Positions 26,894 through 59,993 of a stretch of DNA of 64,000 nucleotides are shown here, piece by piece. Source of the DNA: Chrysomallon squamiferum. Lineage: Eukaryota > Animalia > Mollusca. The notes under the pieces are model-generated. The model made no database searches. It saw only the letters and a program-made list of their open reading frames with translations, and was not told where the DNA came from. The translations under genes and the position numbers were made by a program. Location of the stretch: assembly GCA_012295275.1 (NCBI GenBank), contig CM022665.1:28644001-28708000 (forward strand), in the 5' to 3' direction. Numbering within the stretch: position 1 is the stretch's first letter; every line of letters starts with the position of its first letter.

Positions 26894-28283
26894 TTTTTAT
26901 TTATTTATTTCTTCGCAAAGGTTAAAGTACTATCGAAAGAACCCAAAGATAAAACTGTCGCGAACGTTACATCTGAATTAATGAATGTCCGAGAATCGAC
27001 TTCTGCTAAAACAATAACGAATATCTCGAACGGTATTATGATTGTTAATAAATTTATTGAGACGTATCTTATTTATAAAAGATCGTTAATACCAACATGT
27101 TGAGACCAGTTGAGTCACGATCAGTTTTATTTATTATTTCTTAATTATTTTAACTTTGCCATTAAGGTTTAACAAGCTGCACGAATGATAACATCGTTTT
27201 TCTTTTCGTAATAATAATTATTTATTATATTATTTTATTTTATTAATACTAAAATCTTTTGTCTTTTATTCCAATTTGAAATGGCACATCAAATACACAC
27301 TTACATTCGTTTTCAGTGTAATCAATTTCTCGCGCTAAACGAGAATTATCGAGATAAAACCTTTGGGAACCAGTCAATCATTGCGAACCAGTGCTTTCTC
27401 TTTTATAATAATGTGAAACTATTACAGACTGTCAATTGTAAGGATTATTATCTTTAAAGGCCGAGAATTTTTATTTTTTATTAACATATTATTTTGTAAT
27501 GCAATAGGTACTTATGAAGTCGGTTGGTTAGACAGCATAATAAATAATTTTTTTGTTGTAAATGTTTTTCGTTGCTCGGTGAATCAAGGCTTCTGTTCCA
27601 CTGTTCGGTGTTCCAGTGTTAGTTTAAAACAATATTAGTATTATTATTACTTTATTAACTACCGATTGATCGTCATTATATATATGGTAGAAGCAGAACA
27701 TTTTAAACTAAAGAATTTATTAAACACATTTTTACTAATTTTGTTAAGGGTTCTGGATGCACACAAAATTGATCAACGAACACTGACAATAGTATTATTG
27801 CTAACTTAGTAACCATAAATTATTGTATATTTGATTAACCATTTACTGACTGCAAATCTTACTAAATAACATTCTTTTTAATAAGATGGTTTTAAAAGTA
27901 ATTAATGTTCCGATTAGATGCCTGAAATTAGCCATGACAAAACCATTTTATTCTCATTAATTATCATGGTATTTCATTTAAGAACAAAACTTTTAAACGA
28001 TTTCAAAGTATCCCTTCTGCTAAATATAGCAGCATGTTATGTAATGTCTTTATCTAATCCCCACTTTGGATCAAACACTAACACATATGTTTTTAGTTTT
28101 TAATGAGAACAGCATTGTAGTCTTCACAGGAGTGGAACAGGTCATGATGTTATCAAATTGAGTTTAATTTAATTTTTTTACTTTATATCTATCAGATACC
28201 ACTGCAGCTGAACCAATGGAAAAATTATTTCATCTCTTATATATCAACTGTTGCCTTTGGGCTTCAAAGTTAACAAGTTACCA

Positions 28284-31200
28284 ATGAAAAACTGGCCTTT
28301 TAGAGTTTTAAAAATGTGGATTAACAGACGGAAAAAGACTATTTTTTCAGCTTTTATTCTGGGTGGAATAATATACATGGTTGTGCAAGTGACATTCTTC
28401 CAACAAGCCTACAGCCCTTTGAGGGTGTTACCCAATGCTGAAAGTGAGGCAAGAAGATTGCTTAAATTTATAACATTGTACCACTACCAGTGTAATAATT
28501 CCATAAGTGGGGGTAACGGAACTTCATGGAAGCTTTGTACAGATGCTGATATTGGAATTAATTTAGATTCTAATGTACCAAAGATAGCTTATTCCATTGG
28601 GTAAAAAAACAAATTATTATTATTATTTTTTTTTTTTTTTTTAAATTAAATTTATATTAAACTATATCTGTTAAATTAGACTGTATAAAATTGAAATACT
28701 AATGCAAAGGTGTTTTAATTAATTTAGAAAAGATAAAGGTGTATTATATTAAAGATATTTTACTATCTTTGAAGAAGTAATATTCTTTGACTATTAAAAC
28801 TCTGCTAAATAAATATATATTTAAGTATAACTTATTATTTTGATCTTGTAGTAGTTCTTCTTGATCTTCTTTTTTTTTTTAATGTTTTTGTTGCATTGTT
28901 ATTGTTGTGCATGTGGCAGGGTATTTTATTTTATTTTTTTAAATATTTTATTTCAGCCCTCTCTGGGATTATGGCTTTGAACAGATGCTTGCTAGAAATC
29001 TTTCTTTTCACACATACATATTTGTACATTACTCTATTCCCCAAGCATTGCGAGCAGTCAATACATCACACATCTTTAAAACTATCATTGTGCCAAATGA
29101 CCCTGCAGATTTTGGAAGGAATTCATTTGAGACACAGACTTTAAACAATGTCATAGAAAAGCTCAATCATCACCATATAGACCTGCTCAAATTGGAATCT
29201 CTTCTGGATTTGAGCAATACACATGAATTTATTTTCTATCTTATCAAAGATGGTCTGCTGCATAATGTGAAGCAGCTTCATATTGTTTTTGATATTGGTG
29301 AGTTCAAATTTGTGAATTTCAATATTATCATTCTTACAAGACTTTGTTTTTTATAGCCTTAGTCATTGTATCTGTTATGCATTTAACCACAGTATTAATT
29401 TTATTTATTTATAATAACTGTTTCTTTATGAAATACATCTTGTTTTCCTTTTTGAGAATTCAAAATACACCAAAATGTATTTGTTTCTGATCTTTATGTA
29501 AAAATATTTGTATCATTTTTCATATTCATTGTTTTACAACTTGATGATATGACTTTCAATAGTTTTAATTTTCAAACAAACATTATTTGACCATTTCCTT
29601 TGTAATTTATACATGTGTGTGTTTGAGAGAGAGAGATTGATCTGAAAAAAGATTTCAGCATAAAATAATGTTGAACACAGAAATGTGCATTCATAAATCT
29701 TGTTTTAAAATTAATTTATAAATCTGTAACATTCAGATTTAATTATAATTTATTTTTCTTCTTTTTTTTACTTCGCCATGATAACGTGCAGATAAAATTG
29801 ATGATGATTATTTGTACAAATGGTACAAAACACTGTATCTCTTGTTCCATGAAGCTGGCTTCCGTCTCTACCACACTTCAGCATCTGATCCATTGTGTTT
29901 GCAAGTGACCATGATGGAATCTTGTCATTACTATATGTCCTGGGTTCAAAACCCAGGACCTAGAACATTTATTCTTTATCCTCCAGCTATAGATGGTAAA
30001 TTTCTCTACATCTTTATTTTTATATGAAGATGCCATTTACAGTTCTTCAAATGCAGGAACAAAATTTAGTAAATCTATGTTTTCTTATTTATTCAGTAAT
30101 TTATTTAAAAATATTTGGTCACATTATATCTTATTTTTATTTAACAGAACTATTTTAAAAATGCTTTAAAAACTATTTTACATGAGTTTTAAATATATTT
30201 ATGGCTTTATACATTTGCAGTACTTTATCCATCTGTTGTCAGTGATTTTATAAATGTCTAAACTAATTTATTCATCTGCTCAGTCATAAATTAATTTTAA
30301 AATCTATATATAATATGAAAAACTAATCACAACTAAAATATATTATTATACATTACTAATTTGTTGAATTGTATTTTTAAATTGATAAAACATGTAGTCT
30401 TTCTCCTAAATGTAAGCACATTTACATAAAAAAGCACAAAAATGCACATGCACACACACAAACACAGTGACGCACACAGATTAAACAAAACATCAGAAAT
30501 TTATACAAACTAATGTTATTATTTTAGGTTCATATGATCTTGAAGTTAAAAGAATGCTAGAGTTTCTAGAAGAACAAGAACCAGTTTGTCATAATAACGT
30601 AGAAGTTGCTGTCACAGTAAATAATATGTTCCATCTTTGTGCTGATCTTGTCATTTCAAAGAAAAAATCAAAATCGAGGTGTAACATTCTGGTGCTTGGG
30701 TGTGTGCAAAACATTTTTTCTTCTTTCTTTTTGATTCAGTAATTTGTTTTTTCTCTATTTTTAATTTAGTAGTACATATTTTCCTTACTTTTAATTTACT
30801 AATTCATTATTTTCTTCTTTTTAATTTAATAATTCATTGTTTTCTTCAGAAATATTGTTGAGGAAATATATTTATTGAACATTAATTGATATTTCACTGG
30901 CATGTTACAACTACTTTATAATTTATATTTTTTTCTTCTTGAACAGAGAAAAAACGGCATCCTCAGTTGTAGATTTTAGCCATCTGAAGTGTAATTTGAA
31001 AATGTTTACATTGAACAGAAAAGGAAATACCATCCAAGCATTAATAAATCAGTGAGAGATTGATTTAATTAATTTCATTAATTTAAAGAAAGTTATTATT
31101 TAACTCAAATGATTTTTAAATGCCTTTTATAAATTATAGAATAAGATTGTTTATAGGTGAATAAATGTATAAATGATTATTTGTTTAAAACCTTGAGTTT

Positions 31201-32188
31201 TACTGTTAATGCCTAATAAGTGTTAGTCTCTATTTTCACTATGTAACAATGATTTAAGATTCAAAAAATCCACATAGCCACAAGACATATTTTTATGTAT
31301 ATATTGAGATGAAAGAAATACATATAGTACAACATTTGATAAACTAATGCATCTTATGAAACTTGAGAATAAAATTATTTTGAATTGAAAAAAACCCTGA
31401 ACATTTTTTTAATTTTAATTAATAAACTGTGTAAATGTGTAGAGAAAAAGAAATGATGGGTTGTGCTATGATTTCAAAATTTTTAAATTTATTTTATTCT
31501 TATTTTAAAGAAAACCCACTGATGAAGATTTTATTAGCACTTTAGAAAGATATGTTAACCCCAGCTCTATCAACATTGTTTACCTGTCATCAACTCCATT
31601 AGCGTGGGATTTAATAACACCATTACTGGATAATGGCATTCTTAAGGTAAGCATCTGTGTTTCTGGTCAGAATAAATTCTTGTTAAAAATACTTACAGCA
31701 TTTGAATTGTTGTGTGAATTTGGAATATACATTCTAGTTCTTGATGCAAATTTGAACATGACCCACTTTCATTTGTTATTTGTGTTAATCAGCTGAAAAC
31801 CCTAATTATTTAGTTATATCAAATCATTAAATATGTGTAAATTAGCAAACACTTACCTAGGCAAAACAATGTCATCATAGTCTTCTATTATTTTTACTAT
31901 TATTGTGGTTGATATTTATTATAAATATTAGTAGGTAACCATTATAATATTGCTCATTATTTTCATGATCTTCAGGATATTGATCAGCTGACTGTTAACG
32001 TAGAAGTTTTGGATTCTCGGACAGAAGAAAATCCACTACTTGTTCGTCAGAGATACAGTGAACTTAAACGAATTCACTCAAGTGGTTTTAAATTTTATGA
32101 AATCAGACCAGTTGTTGAAGGTACTATCCATTTTCAGCATCATTCAAAAGAAAACTGTTGTTTTAGACTGAGTTTTATCAAGGCATAG
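28284..32188 (+). CDS. Type II membrane protein with two tandem METTL24/Methyltransf_22 (FkbM-like) domains
   Basis: Coding exons 28284-28600, 28957-29297, 29792-29995, 30528-30699, 30947-31051, 31511-31646, 31976-32188 (TAG), all in frame. N-terminal RRKK plus TM anchor. METTL24-like motifs: YQCNN..GG..WKLCTD, AYSIG..DYGFE, TLNNVIEKLNHHHIDLLKLE, LHNVKQLHI, GFRLYH, CHYYMSWV. Start codon may instead be the second Met (MWINRR). Confidence 0.8.
30745..30848. repeat. Degenerate ~30-bp tandem repeat in a METTL24-like intron
   Basis: Units of TTTTAATTTA.TAATTCATT.TTTTCTTC, about three copies. Confidence 0.6.
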
Positions 32189-35100
32189 CCAATTTGTATA
32201 ATGATAATCTTGTCCAAGATGTATTCATTTCTGTTTATCGTCATGCATTTTCTATCATCCTTTGAGGTAAGACGGTACTTATTTCAGAGATTATCATTTC
32301 ATCGGATAGATTTAATTCAGTGAACTTGTACAGTTATCAAAATAATAATATTTAAAGAAAACCACCAAGAATCTGCCTACATTTTTCATACTGGTTAAAT
32401 AACGAAATAGATCTTGACAGCATTTTTAAAATACGGAACTGTATGCGTGTGTGTCTGTGTTTAATTTTTAAAAGAACCATGAATAAGGTTAAGTTCATAG
32501 ATATATTAAAAAGGTATGGTGAGTTATATATTTTAAAATAACAAGGTTGTTGCTACAATCAGTAACTAACTTCTAATTTAATGCAGTGACCTTCTAACAC
32601 AGCTAATTGAATTGGAACTAAAATGTTAATATAGCCATTAAATAATAGCTGAATAGTTGTTAGAGTGAAGGCATTTGAGTAAAATATCATTAATTATTAT
32701 CCATTTTGTCCTTTACTCGTTAAAAATAATATAATAATAATAGGTTTGTACTAAAAAACACAAAAAATTAAACTCATAGTGTGTTTGTTCAGCTGTAAAA
32801 AGGAATTGCCTTGAATGTTTGTACACAAAGTTAATGTCTGTTGTTTAAACAGCTGATCTCCTGAAGGTGTGTTTGTGCTGTTAAGTTATTGACTTAGTCT
32901 AACAAGCACGTAGTTACCATTCTCAGCTGGGTTTTTTTATATTATTTATTAAATGATTCATAAATAGTATTTGATTCAGTGTGCACAAAGAAAGAAAAAG
33001 AGAGAGAAAGAGATACGCAAATGTTAAACAAAATGTATGATTATACTTTCATTTATCTTGATTTAAGTGTGATTTGACAGTATTACTGGTGTTTTCCATT
33101 CATTAGCTTAAACACTGGTTTAGCTTTTGTATGTACTTATGTAAAACATATTTCATTATCAGAACTGGTAGTTTTTAGTCTTTTATTTTTGAACAATTTA
33201 AAATGCAAAGCATTTTGGGATTATATTTTCAGTATATTTATTATGCTAATTAATTCCATTAGCCAAAAATGAATCCTTTTCTTTGAATATTTTAGAAGTA
33301 TGTATTTTGTGTCATTGTTAGTTGCTTAGAAATAAAATATATCAAAGTATTGAATATTTCAATGTTAATGTATCAATTATTTTAATTTTAAATTTCAGTT
33401 TGTTATATATATATAATTTTGCATTCTGGAGACTTTTTAACCAGTTACTTTTGTATTTTGTAAAGCTAACAAGAATCTCGGATATTGTTATAATTTATAA
33501 TGTTGAACCCAGCACATTTATCCATTGTTAGCTATCACAAAAATACTTCTACTTATTCTACTTATGCAAAATTGACTTCTTATTTAAGGTGCACACACAA
33601 AATGATTTATTTATTTTGTGTGTATGTGTTACATTTGGTTAGAGAGAGAGTTTAGCTAATGTTTTATATTAGCTAGTCTCCAAATTTGGTGTGTTTTGTT
33701 GTTTTAGTGTAGTAAGGGAGAGCAAATATATGTAGACAATAGGGGAAGAACCACATGCATTTGTTTTCAATTTATACCTGTCACATTGTTGATTATTAAT
33801 AGTTTCTCTCTTTACAGTGCTGACATTAGTAGCAATGTCAGTTACTTTCGTGTTACTCATGGCTGTTTGAATGAAATTAATTTTAATTATTATTATTTTT
33901 TTTTGTATTTAAATTTTATTTTACATTTATATTTTTAAAGAAAACCCTGAAACAGTCATAACTGGGTGTTTTCAGTAGTGCAATATTAACATAGGGTATC
34001 TGTTTGGATAATGTGTGGTTGTAATAAAGTACATTTATATCATTTGAGTTCTGCTTTTGATTTGTCAAAAAAAAATAAAAAAATACATAAGCATGTCTTT
34101 CAATGCACTGCTAATTAATTTATTTGAAGATAACATGGTTATATTAATGATCATTTAAAAACAATAATGAAAATAATTAAAAAGACAAGACATTTTAATT
34201 GTAAGTATTTTAATGTTCACCAAAATTTATTACACTGAAAACTAGACAGAACACAGTTAAGAACACACATAAATCTAAACAAACATGACAAAAAATGTCA
34301 ATTTCATTAAAATTCAGGAATTGGAACTTGATTTCTTTGTCCAAAATGGACCAATATTACTGAGAAATTTTTTAATTGAACATTCTGGGGAAACCAATGT
34401 TACAACTATCTATCTTTGCATAACAAATTAGGAATGCATTCAGACATTACTGTAATTCTTCAGTATAATTATTTCCCCGTGAGGAATCTATTTAAAAATG
34501 CTTTATGCACATTTCTGGTGAAAATTACCAACCACATTTTGGCACCATTTTACAGGCTTCCTATGGTGAATTTACTAAGAATAGTAAAATAGTTCAGAAA
34601 AATTTATTTAAACAACTGCATGCAAGAAGATAACTGAAAAACTGCCATCTAGCTGTAATCAGCAAAATATGACAATCAACATATTTTTCTGTCCTTTTGT
34701 AATTTTATTCAATCGTTTTCTTACTTTTAAACACTTTTTTTTTTCAGGGTCAAAACAGTAAAAACACATCTACTGAACAGATTAGACTGATTTTATAAAC
34801 ACAATGACCGTTTCAATAAATGTTTCACAACCAATAGCAGAAGTATCATGCATGTTTTCCCACATTAAGAAATGTTTCTTTAAAAAGACTGGTTAAGGCA
34901 AATATTTTCTTTTTTCTCAACAAATGTTAATCATCTTACCATCTGTGTTGATTTGATATTGATATTCTATCTCATCTACTGAATAGTTTTCATTATAAAT
35001 TATATGTGACAATACCTTGCTTGATTATGGTACATTTTAATTTTATTTTTATAAAGGAAGATAACACTATTTACAATTTTGATTCATTCAGAATAACAAA

Positions 35101-37836
35101 CATTTCAAAGTCATTAGATATTTTAAACATGTTATGTGCACAAATGTCAAATTGGCAAGCAGCTGTTTGTGTATTGATTTGTGGATAATACCCAGAAACT
35201 GAAAATACTAAATTGTGTTGAACTAAGCAATGTATCTTTCTCTCTCTTTTACACACCCACACCCACACACATACACAAAATGTGCAAACAGCAAGCTTAT
35301 TGTTTTCTGTAAATAAACCATATCATCCCACAAAATTTACCTCGATATATTTTCACCATGTCTCAAATTATTATTAAAATCCCACTGTATTTTTCAGCCT
35401 AAGACTCACAGAACTTTAACAAATATAACAGAATCTACTTGTCATTTGTAGTTCAACCTGAAGTACTCTTTATGCCCACTTTGTTTACATGCAACCACAT
35501 ATAAATATTTAAAATCAAACATAAATTGTGTTCTTGTACATGTATAATCCCTCTAATTTGTAAAAATAAACACTTTCTTGCTTTATCTTAAATAAACCCC
35601 ATTGCTTTCTGTCCTAAAACCATGCTTACATTTTTTCTTTTATGTACAACCTATAACCACAACTGATACATCATTTAAAATTTCACTTCAAGCCTGGCAA
35701 TATGATTAAGAATTATAATTACTTGTACATAAAAATAACTGATTCTGTTCTAACTGATCTGCTTTAAAAATTGTTTACTGGTACGAACAGTTGTATTATT
35801 ATTTTTCTGATCCTGACAGAAATGACTGTTGTGTGTGTGTTAGATCAATGATACATGTAAATCTGCAGCAGCTGTCAATGCCATTGATTCATCTGAAACA
35901 GATGTTATGTTTGGAAAATAATGAACTATGTCTATAAATAAATTCTTGAACATCGGTATCATTAAATCAATTTTTTTTTAAAATTTATTCTGATGCAAAA
36001 ATGTAAGTTAAGTTATATTGCTACATTTTCTGTTCAAATAAAAAAAACAAAAAATTGATGATAAACAAACAAAAAAAGAAACAACCAACAAACCAATATG
36101 GTTTCCCATCTTCTAATCTGCCTTTTTTTAAATTTTTTACATTATAATTATTATCTTTTAATTCTTACAAGAAGTTGTTATAATAAAAAAAACAAAAAAA
36201 AACAATCTAATCCTTGGAATTTGCTTTTTGAAGTGGAGGGGGCAGTGATAATTTCATATTTGAAATACAAATGAAATTAATTGTAAATAGTAGTTTTATT
36301 ATTATTATATTTATTGATTTTCAAATTGTGAACCGGCTTGAGCATACACTACATCTAAAGACAGTAATGAACAACACTAGACAGACAACAAGAAAGGAGA
36401 TTGAAATAAAAAATACTCGGGTAGGGGAGGAGAGTTCAAAGGATTACAACATAAAAGCTGAACACCATCAAATCTGCATAAGATTAGCAGCAACCATGTT
36501 TATAGTTCAGAGAAATGACAATTATAACATTTTACAGAAACATCTACAACAGCAAATACACACTGTAGAGAAACATAATGCATTGATTTGTTGTTATTTT
36601 AACAAAAGTCTCCAGCATTATTGTTTGGACAGTGAAGAAAATAAATTTACCATATGCCAATAATTATGCATAGCTTTAAGAAAGTTACAACCAGACATAA
36701 TCAAGGATTAAAATACATCAATATTTCAAAGGCATGATTTTAGTACAATTAATGAGGTCAAACAACATGCATTATTACATAGACTACAACTAGAACAACA
36801 ATGAAGCAGAATAACACATTTAATTATTAAAATTAAGTTAATTTATTAATTATATTTACCTCACCGAATGAAATTTGATTTTATTACAAACTACTTTAAA
36901 AGTAATAATTAATAAGACAAATAATTTTTCTTAAAGTTAGGTGAGAATGTGTATGAAACTTTTTTTATTTTCTTCAGCAAAACATATTTTTAACAGAAAC
37001 AGAAACAGAAAAACTGAAGAAATGACAAAATGAAAAACCAAGTTTTCACATAATACAAAAGTAAAAAAAAGAAGAGAAAAATAACCAATGTGCAATAACA
37101 GTAAACAAAACTGATATATGGTGATTAATATAAACAAAACATGAAAGCCCTCAAATAATAATACAAAAAAGCAGTAGAGAATGAATAATGTTAAAAAAAA
37201 TTAAAAATTCAAGTATTTTTAACTACGTACAAAACCTTAAGTGTGGATATATTTGAACATATACATATCCGATTTCATGAAGTGTACTTGGTTATTCAAA
37301 TAAAGCATTAATCACCTCATATTAACATTCATATGAATTTAAAATGAAAATATTTGAAAATAAAATGAACCATACATTAAACTATATACAAAATCTAAAT
37401 ATGTAAAAAAAAAAAAAAAAAAAAACTAATGTGAAAATTTAGACTGATGAATAAAAAAAAAAAAAAAAATAATAATTGCCTTCAGGTTTAATTTGTAGCA
37501 AACTTCAATCATAGAACTGATGAAGTGTAATAGTTAAGGCCAGACCTCTATCTTCACCAAAAAACTTAAAATCATGACAAGTTCTAGCTTTTGGACAGGA
37601 AAAACCATTTACTACATTTCACAAAGCTTCACTAAAGAAATGAACTAACAGTTGTAAATGTCTCAAAAAGAGGAAAAGCAATTTTTATATAACTTGGTGA
37701 CCTTTAATTTAAAAAAAATAATAAAATAATAGAAAAGGATAGACCAATAACAAATGAAAATGTATATATATGATATGATATTGGCACAAAAGAGAAAACA
37801 AGTCAATCATTTTTGTATCAGTTAAAAAAAATAAAA

Positions 37837-37947
37837 ATAATAATAATAATAAAAAGTAATAAACCACCAAAACAATAATAATAATAATAAAAAGTAATAA
37901 ACCACCAAAATAATAATAATAATAATAAAAAGTAATAAACCACCAAA
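37837..37947. repeat. Three-copy minisatellite (AAT)n-AAAAAGTAATAAACCACCAAA
   Basis: Three near-identical ~36-bp units. Confidence 0.85.
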
Positions 37948-39613
37948 GTGAAAACTGTAACATATTTGTAATACATGCTCTTTTTTGAAAATGCTTGACT
38001 AATCTTTTACAAGCAACAAGAAATTCACAACATCAGTAATACAAACTACAAGGCAACCTTGCTAAGTGACATGTCACACACAACATTTTACAAGAGACTG
38101 AATCATAGAGTGTGATAAAACACACAACACAGGGTGTTACATAGGATATCTCGCAGTACAACTAAATCATTTCACAAGTAAAGGTTTGTCACGTACTGAG
38201 AATATATTTCAAGCTTGGGCAATATTTTATCAAAAATAATAACAATGTGGAATGCAATATTTTCAATATGACAGGAATGTGATTTTTTTTTTTTTTTTTT
38301 TTATGATGCAGTTTATAACATTCACCTTATTACTGCTGCCATTCATCTCATCTCATGTGGTTCCAGGTTTATTAAAAAAAAAAAAAAAAAAAATGAAAAG
38401 AAAAGTGAAATAAAATAATAAAAATGAAAACAAATACACTTACAAACACATTTTAGAATATAAAATACATTTACTTAAACTAATTTACAATCTTTTCATG
38501 ACCACTACTTTTGGTATGTCTTCCTTTAGCATATTAAAAAAATCTTAACAATAATTGAAAAATTATAATGTTGTATCTGTTTAATATACATTATATTCCA
38601 TGTAAGAAAAACAAGTAAAGAAAGAAAAACAGAAGTGAGATTTGAACTGTTTTCACTGATTTGATCAAACTGATGGGAAACATTTTTCTGGTAAACATTT
38701 AATAGTAACACTTTTTGAAGTCTCTCATACAAAATAAGACTGCTAAGCTTTTGCTTTCTCCTTAATATATTGATTTTATAAACTTTAAACATCTGTGTCC
38801 ATAGTGAAGCTTGGAGATTATTTCTACTTTAAGCTAAATAAAAATTTTGTTGTTACGCCTGAAATGCATGTTACCACTCAAACGATCCACTATCAGAAAA
38901 ATTACAAAAGCCACATTTTTCAGTAATCCTTGTATTATTATATAAAGGTATATTTAGTTCAATTTCTATAATGTTACAAATTTTACTGAGTATTTTTCTT
39001 ACCATATAGATATTTTATTTTGTAAACTCCACCTGCACCCGAGATTTCAGATAAAGGATAACTGATATGTGACAATTTCTGAACTTCATAAATCATGATC
39101 ACTTAGAATTATTTAATAACAACTGGTACTATTAACAGCTAAAACAAATAAAAGAAAAAGTAAAAATAAAGACACAAAAATTTGTTCACAGTAAATCACA
39201 ATTATTTGATCAAACTGACAATCGAGTTTCTTAAATTCATAAAAACAAGAAATGGTGGAACAACTAAATATAATTAAACAACATCTAAACAATAATGCTA
39301 TCATTAAAAATCATACTTATATGTTACTGGTGGAAGCAGATAAATAATCTGTTACACTGGATTTGAAACAAACCAGAATATACGACTACATGCAGTTCTT
39401 AACTTGTGTAATTTAACAGATGAACTCGGTTAATTTTCATTTTTCCTTCAAAGGTTTGGAAGTTCAATCATTTAATTACACAACCGTAGTTTAAGACAAT
39501 TTGCCTTATTTCTTCTTCTAATTTGTAATATGTTCCTTCATGAAACAGCTTGAGAGAACATTTTGTTGGGTTCACACTGACGAAGATAATTTAGCTAAAT
39601 CCAGATCATTTTA

Positions 39614-59514
<19,901 letters not shown>

Positions 59515-59993
59515 ATTCTTTCCTTTCCGCCATATTTTGAAACGAGCACCTATCTTCAGTTATTTGATAGTATTTCCTAATTCATACCTAAAATAAATTT
59601 TCTATAATTTCCGAAGAATAACTATATTATCGAAACAAAATTAATATTTTTGGAAAGACCACTTAACTAAATTATTTGCTTCTACTACTGTTAATATAAT
59701 TAGTCCAATCCACTAAAATCACTATAAAAATTGTAAAGAACAAGAGTAGTTAACACACGTATATTATCATAAATCACTAATTTATTTTTCGGCAAATAGG
59801 GGTTTTCCCACAGTTTGTTCTAAATCTGTCTCTAACGTCACGCAGGGAATCCTCTTTAAACACCGTTTCATTGGTACGGTCAAAATGAATATTTACAATG
59901 ACCTTCCTTAAAGGTTGGCATTATCGGGGACACTGAAAGCATGCACATTGCGCCTGGCGTTAGGGCGTGTCAGTGGTACAACTAATTCTCCCG
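59515..59993. promoter_or_regulatory. Bidirectional promoter between spastin and the SOCS-box pseudokinase
   Basis: Start codons diverge ~480 bp apart. YY1-like CCGCCATATTTT (~59527-59538), CRE-like AACGTCAC (~59834), reverse CCAAT (attgg, ~59870) and local CpG enrichment. Confidence 0.6.

Noticed and set aside
36271-36663. 130-aa plus-strand ORF
   Set aside because: No recognisable motif, AT-rich composition, and it lies in the probable antisense of the spastin 3'UTR.
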